Below are positions 6,611 to 13,870 of a stretch of DNA of 30,547 nt, in pieces (positions within the stretch are counted from its first letter, which is position 1; each line of letters starts with the position of its first letter). The notes beneath the pieces were generated by a model, which made no database searches, was not told the DNA's origin, and saw nothing but the letters and a program-made list of their open reading frames with translations. The stretch is from a virus (lineage: Duplodnaviria > Caudoviricetes), in IMG/VR virus record IMGVR_UViG_3300017699_000031, positions 1 through 30,547 of that record. One strand, written 5' to 3'. The position numbers and the translations under genes were made by a program.

Positions 6611-8822
6611 TTGCGAGACGCGGTCGGTCGCCGATCTGACGAAGGTCGGCGTCGACCAATACATGCGGCATCCCACGACCGGAATTTGGATGCTGTCATG
6701 GCGTATCGGGGACAGTGGGCCGATCAACCGCTGGCACCCCGGCGACGAGCCGCCATGGCCTCTGGTCATGCACGTCGCCGCCGGGGGCTACATGTCGATG
6801 AAGGCCCACAATCAGGCGTTCGAGCGCCTGGCGTGGAACGTCCTGATGCGGCGCTACATCGGCGAGGAGGTCGAGCTTGTGCTTGGCTCCTTCCCGGTCT
6901 GCACGATCGAGATGATGGACTGCACGATGGCGCGGGCCATGGCGCTCGCGTTCCCTGGCCAGCTCGAAAAGGTCGCGGCGATCGTCGCGCCAGACGTACC
7001 GAAGGATATGGAGGGCAACGCCCTCATGAAGCGGATGATGCGCCCGCGGCGTGTCGAGAAGGACGGCCGGCTGGTATGGTGGGATGAGCCCGAGCGCGTC
7101 GAGCGGCTTGGTCGCTACTGCGATCAGGACGTCGAGGCCGAGACGGCGATCGACCTGCGGCTGGCCGCGCTAACGCCCCGCGAGCGCCACCTGTTCGAGC
7201 GCGCCGAGCACGTCAACGACCGCGGCATCAAGCTCGACAGGCAGCTCGCGACCCGCGCGATCGAGCTGGTCGGTGTGGCCACGATCAAGGCCAACCGGCG
7301 GATGAAGGAGCTAACGGGCGGCGCGGTCAAGACGGTCGGCCAGACCGCGAAAATCGTCGAGTTCCTGCGCGCCCGCAACGTGCCGTGCTCCTCCATGAAG
7401 AAGGGCGACCACGATGAACTCATCACCTATTCGGACCTCGTCGGCGATCCTGTCGCTAAGGCTGTGGTTGAGCTGCGCCGAGACGGCTACAAGTCGTCGA
7501 CTGCCAAGTTCCCGGCCATGCTCCGCTGTGCATCGGAGGTCGACGACCGGATGCGTCGACTTCTTGTCTACCACGGGGCCTCTACGGGTCGTAAGGCTGG
7601 GCGGCTCATTCAGCCGCAGAACTTCCCGCGCGTTGATCCTGACCGGGACTTACCTACCGTTCTGACGATCATCAAGCTCCTGCTCTCGCGCGAGCCCGTC
7701 GAGGTCGTTCACGACATCCTCGAAGCGATCTACGGCGAGGTCATGCCGTGGATGGCCAAGCTCCTGCGCGCCTGCCTGATCGCGGAGGACGGCAAGGAGT
7801 TCGTCGGCGGCGACCTCTCGAACATCGAAGGCCGTGTCAACGCGTGGATGGGAGGCGAGCAGTGGAAGCTCCTGGCCTTCCTGGCCTACGACCAGGGGCT
7901 CGGCCCCGACCTCTACAAGCTCGCCTACTCGCGCGCCTTCGGTGTCGACGTCGACGCGGTCGACAAGATCATGCGGCAGATCGGCAAGGTCATGGAGTTG
8001 GCCCTTGGCTATCAGGGCTCGGTCGGCGCGTTCCTGTCGATGGTCAACACCTACCAGATCAAGCTCGCGGACATCGTTGAGGTCGTGCTGGCCACCACGG
8101 GGCGCAATCAGCTTGACGCCACGGCCGGCAAGTTCACGAAGGCGCAGTCGTTCGGCCTGCCCGAGCATTGGTGGGTGGCGCTCAAGGTCGTCGTCGACAA
8201 CTGGCGGCTCGCCAACCCGAGGATCGTTCAGAGCTGGTGGGACCGCCAGGACGCAGCGATCGACGCGGTCGCCAACCCCGGCCAGCTCATCACGCTCTGC
8301 GACGGCAAGCTCGCCTACATGTCGACCGGCAAGGTGCTGCTGGCGCGTGGCCCGAGCGGCAAAATCCTGAACTATTGGAACCCGCGCATCATCGAGCAGC
8401 CGGCCACGGTCGAGGTTCTGGACGAGGACGGCGACGTGCTCGACGTGCTGCCCGAGGACGACGCCCTGGCCATGCCGGACGGCACGATCCTCGGCCGGCG
8501 CAAGCACGGCAAGCGGTCGGTCGCCTTCGACGGCACGAACAGCAAGACGAAGAAGTGGGGGACGCGCTTCATGTATGGCGGCTTCCAGTGCGAGAACGAC
8601 GTGCAGATGACGAGCCGTGAGGTTATCTTCGAGGCCGCAGACCGGATCGAAGCAGCCGGCTACAACCTCGTGCTGGACGTCCACGACGAGTTGCTGTCTG
8701 AGAACCCCGAAGGGTTTGGCTCCCCCGAGGAGTTCGAGCGCCTGATGTCGGCCAACCCCGCATGGCTCCCCGGCTGTCCGCTTGCTGCGGCGGCTTGGCG
8801 AGACAAGCGCTATACGAAGTGA
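6561..8822 (+). CDS. family A DNA polymerase with 3'-5' exonuclease; true start unresolved (first ATG 6663 omits ExoI)
   Basis: ExoI HCDCETRS (6603-6626), ExoII AHNQAFER, ExoIII YCDQDV, motif A DLSNIEGR, motif B RQIGKVMELALGY, motif C VHDE. Confidence 0.92.
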   Translation, partial: FATSGSPTVIHLAAHCDCETRSVADLTKVGVDQYMRHPTTGIWMLSWRIGDSGPINRWHPGDEPPWPLVMHVAAGGYMSMKAHNQAFERLAWNVLMRRYIGEEVELVLGSFPVCTIEMMDCTMARAMALAFPGQLEKVAAIVAPDVPKDMEGNALMKRMMRPRRVEKDGRLVWWDEPERVERLGRYCDQDVEAETAIDLRLAALTPRERHLFERAEHVNDRGIKLDRQLATRAIELVGVATIKANRRMKELTGGAVKTVGQTAKIVEFLRARNVPCSSMKKGDHDELITYSDLVGDPVAKAVVELRRDGYKSSTAKFPAMLRCASEVDDRMRRLLVYHGASTGRKAGRLIQPQNFPRVDPDRDLPTVLTIIKLLLSREPVEVVHDILEAIYGEVMPWMAKLLRACLIAEDGKEFVGGDLSNIEGRVNAWMGGEQWKLLAFLAYDQGLGPDLYKLAYSRAFGVDVDAVDKIMRQIGKVMELALGYQGSVGAFLSMVNTYQIKLADIVEVVLATTGRNQLDATAGKFTKAQSFGLPEHWWVALKVVVDNWRLANPRIVQSWWDRQDAAIDAVANPGQLITLCDGKLAYMSTGKVLLARGPSGKILNYWNPRIIEQPATVEVLDEDGDVLDVLPEDDALAMPDGTILGRRKHGKRSVAFDGTNSKTKKWGTRFMYGGFQCENDVQMTSREVIFEAADRIEAAGYNLVLDVHDELLSENPEGFGSPEEFERLMSANPAWLPGCPLAAAAWRDKRYTK

Positions 8823-8826
8823 AGCC

Positions 8827-9336
8827 ATGAACCCGCTGCCGTCTGTCGAGACGCTGAGACAGGATTTCAACTACGACCCGGAAACCGGCGAGCTAACGCA
8901 CGCTCGGCAGAAACGTGGGCGGGGCCGCGTCGGCGAAACGGCAGTTTCAATTAACGCGAAAGGCTATGCTGTCGTCTCGGTCCGTAGTCGTCGGTACTAC
9001 GCCCACCGTGTGATTTGGAAACTCATGACGGGTAAAGAACCGGATGGCGAAGTAGACCACCGGGCGGGGGTTCGGGCCGACAACCGCTGGGCTAAGCTAC
9101 GTGAAGCGTCCTCCAGTGCTAACTCGCAAAATGCGGTTAAGCCCCGCACGAACACTTCCGGCTTCAAGGGCGTAAGCCAAGACAAGAAGACCGGCCGGTG
9201 GGGCGCTCGCGCTCACATCAACGGAAAGTATAAATCTCTCGGCCGGGCGGCGACCCCCGAAGCCGCTTATCAACTCTATCTTGCAGCAACAAGGCCGGTC
9301 CACGGCGAATACCACATCACGGAGCGCCAGTTATGA
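8827..9336 (+). CDS. free-standing HNH endonuclease with AP2-like domain
   Basis: AHRVIW...DH...DN...N, then NTSGFKGVS...W.A...SLG; visibly lower GC than its neighbours; start ATG 8827. Confidence 0.9.
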   Translation: MNPLPSVETLRQDFNYDPETGELTHARQKRGRGRVGETAVSINAKGYAVVSVRSRRYYAHRVIWKLMTGKEPDGEVDHRAGVRADNRWAKLREASSSANSQNAVKPRTNTSGFKGVSQDKKTGRWGARAHINGKYKSLGRAATPEAAYQLYLAATRPVHGEYHITERQL

Positions 9337-9593
9337 ACACCGCCGACGTCTGCAAGCCCGGTACGAAAGAGGCCACGATCCTCGACATGCTGGCGCTCGA
9401 CAGCGACACGCTCATCGTCGAGCTGTTCGCCGCTGCCTATGGCGGCAGGCCAGCGCCGCGCATGCGCGAGCAGCAACAGATCATCGGGAAGCGTATCTCG
9501 CAGATCAACAAGAAACTGGAGGACCGGGCGCTGGCCATCAAGCCCGGCGAGGCCCGCTACTCCTATCGGATTTACCGCCTGTCCTCTCGTTGA
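9333..9593 (+). CDS. hypothetical protein, possibly winged-helix
   Basis: ATGA overlap; helical core ending in a short beta hairpin (AIKPGEARYSYRI). Confidence 0.6.
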   Translation: MNTADVCKPGTKEATILDMLALDSDTLIVELFAAAYGGRPAPRMREQQQIIGKRISQINKKLEDRALAIKPGEARYSYRIYRLSSR

Positions 9594-9605
9594 TCCGGGG
9601 CCGCG

Positions 9606-11585
9606 ATGTCGATGCTCGACAATGCGCTCGCATGGGCGGCGCGGGGGTTCCGTGTCTTCCCACTGCGCGCCGGGACCAAGAAGCCGATCTTCGACGGCTG
9701 GCCCGAGATGGCCACGACCGACGCCGGGCTCATCCGCCAGTGGTGGAGCGACCCGTTCGGGATCATGATCGAGAGCCACAACGTCGGCGTCTGCACGACG
9801 GGCCTTGTGGTCGTGGATGTCGACGCGCAGAAGGGCGGGATCGAGAGCTTCTTCAAGCTCGGCGGCGGCTTCGACACGCTGCTGGTCCGCACGCCCCGCG
9901 GCGGCTACCACGCCTACTATACCGGGCCGGATAGCGGGCTCTCGGTCGAGCGCATCGCGCCCGGCATCGACATCCGATCGCACAACGGCTACGTCATCGC
10001 GCCCGGCTCGGTGTGGGAGGGCGACGCGAGCCACCCCGGCGGGGCCTATGAGCTGGAGGTCGACGCGCCTCTCCAGCCTATCCTCCCGTCGATCGCTCAA
10101 TACCTGCGCCCGCCGATGGAGCGCGACCGCTCGGTGGCCGACGCTGTCGAGCTGGACCGCGCCGACACGATCGAGCTTGCAACCCTGTGGCTGGAGAACG
10201 AAGCGCCCCTGGCGATCGAGGGGGCCGGCGGCGACCAGACGACCTACCAGGTCTGTTGTCAGCTCCGCGACTACGGGCTCTCCGAGGAGATGAGCTGGTC
10301 GCTGCTGCTGGAGCATTGGAACCCGCGCTGTTCGCCGCCGTGGGAGACGCAGGAGCTATTCCGCAAGATCGAGAACGCCCATCAGTACGCAACGGGCGTG
10401 ATCGGCGGCAAGCATCCCGCTCTCGACTTCGCCGGCATCAGCCTGCCGGAGCCCGAGCTGCGCGTGCCGGCCATCACGATCGAGGGGCTGGCTTTCGGCA
10501 ACGCCAAGGCGCAGTCGTCCATCCCGCAGCGCGATTGGAGGGCCAGCCGAATGCTCATTCGTCATCAGGTCTCGGCGTTGATCGCGCCGGGCGGCACGTC
10601 GAAGTCGTCGTTCACCCTGACGCTCGCCGCCCACAAGGCGGTCGGCGCGCCGTTCGCCGGGCTCGGGCTCAAGGCCGGCAAGACGATCGTCTACAACGCC
10701 GAAGACGATCTCGACGAGCAGAGCCGCCGGCTGCACGCCATCTGCGTCCAGTACGGCTTCGACTTCGACACAGTGGCCTCGAAGGTCATGCTGCTGTCGG
10801 AAGATCAATTCCCGCTCAAGCTGACGGAGAGCGACCCGCCGACGATCAAGAGCGACCACGTCGCCAAGATCATCGCCCTGGCGGCCGACCCGGAGTGTGA
10901 CTGGCTGATCGTCGACCCGCTCCGCAACGTGATCTCGTGCGACGAGAACGACAACGTCAAGATGACCTATGTCATGGGCGTCTTGAAGCTGCTGGCCAAG
11001 AAGGCGGACATCGCCATCATGGTCGTTCACCACACGAAGAAGCCGAGCGGCCCGGTCTCCTATGCCGGCGACGCGAACTCGGCGGCCGGCGCGGCGGCGA
11101 TCGTCAACTCGACCCGCATCGCGCTCACGCTGACGACGGCCACGGAGCGGGACTGCGAGGCGATGGACATCCCGGTCGCGGAACGCCACGCCTACGTCCG
11201 GCTCGACGACGCCAAGGGCAACTACATGCTGCTCAACGGCGAGCCCATGTGGTTCCGGCGCTCGGGCGTCAAGCTGTTCTCGGGCGACGAGGTTGGCGTC
11301 ATCAGCCCGGCCGACCTCAAGGTGAACTCCGACTTCCTCAAGGCGCAGATGGCGATCGTGCTGCGCGACGAGATGACCGCCAAGGGCGTCGGGTCCGTGT
11401 CTCTGGCAGAAGCGGCCTCCATGCTCCAGCGCGTCGACCCGCTCTACGGCCAGCTCGCCGTCAACTCCGTCCGCAACAGGATCGAGCGCACCCTGTCGTC
11501 GCCCGCCAACGTCGATAACAACGTCGTGGGCGTGCGCCGCGAGATGCGAGCGGGCAGGCAGGCCGTACTCATCACGCTCGAATAG
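9606..11585 (+). CDS. bifunctional primase-polymerase (Prim-Pol) fused to AAA_25/RepA-like helicase
   Basis: GFRVFPL...KKP, VVDVD, TPRGGYHAYY, GIDIR...GYVIAPGS; PriCT-like WNPRCSPPW; Walker A APGGTSKS, Walker B LIVDP, and VHH. Confidence 0.9.
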   Translation: MSMLDNALAWAARGFRVFPLRAGTKKPIFDGWPEMATTDAGLIRQWWSDPFGIMIESHNVGVCTTGLVVVDVDAQKGGIESFFKLGGGFDTLLVRTPRGGYHAYYTGPDSGLSVERIAPGIDIRSHNGYVIAPGSVWEGDASHPGGAYELEVDAPLQPILPSIAQYLRPPMERDRSVADAVELDRADTIELATLWLENEAPLAIEGAGGDQTTYQVCCQLRDYGLSEEMSWSLLLEHWNPRCSPPWETQELFRKIENAHQYATGVIGGKHPALDFAGISLPEPELRVPAITIEGLAFGNAKAQSSIPQRDWRASRMLIRHQVSALIAPGGTSKSSFTLTLAAHKAVGAPFAGLGLKAGKTIVYNAEDDLDEQSRRLHAICVQYGFDFDTVASKVMLLSEDQFPLKLTESDPPTIKSDHVAKIIALAADPECDWLIVDPLRNVISCDENDNVKMTYVMGVLKLLAKKADIAIMVVHHTKKPSGPVSYAGDANSAAGAAAIVNSTRIALTLTTATERDCEAMDIPVAERHAYVRLDDAKGNYMLLNGEPMWFRRSGVKLFSGDEVGVISPADLKVNSDFLKAQMAIVLRDEMTAKGVGSVSLAEAASMLQRVDPLYGQLAVNSVRNRIERTLSSPANVDNNVVGVRREMRAGRQAVLITLE

Positions 11586-11587
11586 GC

Positions 11588-11616
11588 TTGACGGTCCGAG
11601 ACCGTCCGTGTAAACG
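11588..11616 (+). promoter_or_regulatory. putative promoter with overlapping palindrome
   Basis: TTGACG-17 nt-TAAACG; inverted repeat GACGGTC-cga-GACCGTC at 11590-11606; strong SD TAAGGAG before ATG 11641. Confidence 0.55.
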
Positions 11617-11640
11617 GGTCTTCAGATAAGGAGAGCCGTC

Positions 11641-11973
11641 ATGAAGTTTGAGAGATACTGCCTGGAATGCGGGGCCGGCTTCGAGGCCAAGAACAGCAAG
11701 GCCGAGTTCTGCTGCTCGGGCCACCGCTACGAGTTCAGCAACCGTCGCCGCGCTCGCGGCATGGCGATCTATGACGTCTTCATGGCGATGCGGTACGAGC
11801 GCGGCTTGCAGAAGTTCTACGGCCTCTGGACCCTCATGTGCCGGATGGCCGAAGCCTGGCGCGACGAGGACAAGGCGCAGCGCGCGGGCCGCAAGAGCTG
11901 GCAGGACGTCAAGGAGCTGTACGAGCGCGGCGAGTTCACGCGCTACAACTGCACCCACAAGGGGCGGGTCTAG
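11641..11973 (+). CDS. putative Zn-binding hypothetical protein, 110 aa
   Basis: CLEC...FCCSGH followed by a basic NRRRARG helix; strong RBS. Confidence 0.8.
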   Translation: MKFERYCLECGAGFEAKNSKAEFCCSGHRYEFSNRRRARGMAIYDVFMAMRYERGLQKFYGLWTLMCRMAEAWRDEDKAQRAGRKSWQDVKELYERGEFTRYNCTHKGRV

Positions 11974-12338
11974 CGCGTCGGCGTGGAGGCCGGCGCTCCT
12001 GTCGGGGTCCGCGGGCTCAGGGTGCGGGCGATCCACTCGACCGAGACCTCGACGCCACGGATGGCCGTCTTCGTCTCCGAGACGTCGCGCTGGATCGCGC
12101 CGAGCTGCGCGCCGAACTCGGTCTTGGCGACCGACAGCCCGACCGTCAGGTCTTTGATCGCCGCGTCCTGCGCCGCGTCCTTCTGCGCCTGCACGGTCAT
12201 GCGGTCGTCGATCCGGTCGAGCCGGCCGAGCATGCCGTAGTAGAGCCCCGCCCCCGTGAGGATCGTGGCCGCCAGCGTGTAGGCCGAAGGGCTCTTGAGG
12301 AATTGCTGGAGTGAGGCCACCGGCTTCTCCTGTGTCAT
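11970..12338 (-). CDS. single-TM coiled-coil protein in the lysis cassette (holin/antiholin candidate)
   Basis: ATG 12338 just after the o-spanin stop; hydrophobic AYTLAATILTGAGLYYGML followed by a heptad-like region. Confidence 0.6.
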   Translation of the reverse strand: MTQEKPVASLQQFLKSPSAYTLAATILTGAGLYYGMLGRLDRIDDRMTVQAQKDAAQDAAIKDLTVGLSVAKTEFGAQLGAIQRDVSETKTAIRGVEVSVEWIARTLSPRTPTGAPASTPTR

Positions 12339-12342
12339 GAGG

Positions 12343-12537
12343 TTAGCCGTTACACCACGCGCCGCGGCGGGCATTGTTCCCCTTGACGCCGTCGATCGTC
12401 TCGGGGGTATCGCGCTGCGACCACGTCACCGGCCGCCACGCAGAGCAGACCTCAGTCTCGCCGGAACCCGTCGTCTGACAAGCGGCAAGCAGGATCGGCA
12501 AGGCAGCGAGTAGCGGCAGTGTCAGCAAGCGTCGCAT
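12343..12537 (-). CDS. Rz1: o-spanin lipoprotein
   Basis: Signal peptide MRRLLTLPLLAALPILLAA-C with a lipobox; starts inside the i-spanin gene in another frame. Confidence 0.8.
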   Translation of the reverse strand: MRRLLTLPLLAALPILLAACQTTGSGETEVCSAWRPVTWSQRDTPETIDGVKGNNARRGAWCNG

Positions 12538-12676
12538 CGTTCAGCCTCTTTCTCACGGCCTCTGCGCGCTCGACGCGTTCGGCCTGCCGCCCGGTGTCCT
12601 TGACTGCGTGATATGCGAACCCGAGAGCGACGACAACTGCGACAATCGCGCCGAGCCGGAGATAGGTCGAGATCAT
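12452..12676 (-). CDS. Rz: i-spanin
   Basis: ATGA overlap with the endolysin stop; N-terminal TM (LGAIVAVVVALGFAY) then a helical periplasmic part with two Cys. Confidence 0.75.
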   Translation of the reverse strand: MISTYLRLGAIVAVVVALGFAYHAVKDTGRQAERVERAEAVRKRLNDATLADTAATRCLADPACRLSDDGFRRD

Positions 12677-13590
12677 GTGGTGGCCTTTCCGCGCAGGATC
12701 GTCAAGCGGCCAGTGAGCGCCAGCCACAGACCGACGCCCCCGCAGATCACGACGAGGACGAGGACGAGCCCGAAGGCCGCAAGCGCCCACTGGTTCGAGA
12801 TGCCGTTGATGGCGGTCGTGGCGACGCCGCCAGCGGCCGTGATGGCCGCGCCGGCTGCTGCGGTGCCGATCGTGGCGACGCTGCCGCTCTGCGCCACCGG
12901 GACGTCGTCAGGCTTGGCGTCTTCCTTCTTGACGTCGGCCGGCTGCGGCGTCAGCTCCGAGGCGGCGGTGAGCGCGTCATGGAATGCGCGGTAGTGGGTC
13001 GCGATCAGCCGGGCCTTGTCGCCCTTGCCGTTCACGATGTTGCGCGCGCCGACCGGGTCGCCGGGCATGGTGCCGAAATAGTCGGCCAGGCGCTCGGGCT
13101 GCTTCGTCACACGGTTGGTTCGGAACATGCCGCGCACCATTCCGAGGATCAGGATTTGCGCGGCGATGCGCGGCTCCATGACCTTGTCGGGGTCGGTCGT
13201 CAGGTCGACGTTGAGCATGTCGCCGGCCTTCGCGTAGTTCTCCTTGTGCGTGAGCTGGATGTAGCCGCGGCCGAACCAGCCGTCGCGCCAGTACGGGCGA
13301 GCGACGTTCTTGAGCGCGCCATGGCCCGGCTTGGCCCACTCGCGATCGAGGCGCGCGATGGTGTCGGCGGTCGACTTCCCGTAAGCCTCGCGGATCGGCT
13401 GCATCGTGCCGCCGGTCTCATGGAACGCGGTCGCCAGGATGTAGGCGAGCCAGCGCAGATCGACGAGGCCGAGCGCGATCCACATGTCGAGGATGACTTC
13501 GACGCCCTGAACCTGTTCGGTCGTGAGCTTGCCGCCGAAGGGCGATCGACGGGCGTAGGCGAACAGGGTCGTGCGGTTGATGCCGGCCAT
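12673..13590 (-). CDS. GH19 (chitinase-like) endolysin with C-terminal hydrophobic segments
   Basis: AYILATAFHET...PIRE, FGRGYIQLTHKENY and ARNIVNG; directly upstream of the spanins. Confidence 0.9.
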   Translation of the reverse strand: MAGINRTTLFAYARRSPFGGKLTTEQVQGVEVILDMWIALGLVDLRWLAYILATAFHETGGTMQPIREAYGKSTADTIARLDREWAKPGHGALKNVARPYWRDGWFGRGYIQLTHKENYAKAGDMLNVDLTTDPDKVMEPRIAAQILILGMVRGMFRTNRVTKQPERLADYFGTMPGDPVGARNIVNGKGDKARLIATHYRAFHDALTAASELTPQPADVKKEDAKPDDVPVAQSGSVATIGTAAAGAAITAAGGVATTAINGISNQWALAAFGLVLVLVVICGGVGLWLALTGRLTILRGKATT

Positions 13591-13599
13591 GACGGCTCC

Positions 13600-13860
13600 T
13601 TACTTCTCGCTCGGGTGGCGGCTCGACGTGAGGACGGGCAGGGCCGCGATCTGCGCATCGGCCTCCCTTGCCGCCTCCGCCATCTGGTTCTGGATGTCGG
13701 GCGGCAGGTTCCCGTCGTTGTCGTAGTGGGAGGCGTCGGGGACTTCGGGGCAGATCGGGGGCACGTCGTCGAAGATCGCGCCTTCGGCCTGCGCGATCTT
13801 GCGCTGCTTCGGGGGCTTCGGGGGCTTCGGCCCTAGCTTCTTTTCGTCCCACTTCGCCAT
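13600..13860 (-). CDS. hypothetical protein, 86 aa
   Basis: SD GAGGAG before the ATG; fills the gap between the tail genes and the endolysin; PKPPKPPK repeat. Confidence 0.7.
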   Translation of the reverse strand: MAKWDEKKLGPKPPKPPKQRKIAQAEGAIFDDVPPICPEVPDASHYDNDGNLPPDIQNQMAEAAREADAQIAALPVLTSSRHPSEK

Positions 13861-13870
13861 GTCGCTCTCC

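Noticed and set aside
6663-6665. ORF-track start for the DNA polymerase
   Set aside because: It omits the ExoI motif encoded in frame at 6603-6626 and has no SD.
8390-9336. Intein or group I intron in the polymerase associated with the HNH gene
   Set aside because: Polymerase motifs A-C are contiguous and end before the HNH ORF, and no intein termini are visible; the HNH is free-standing.
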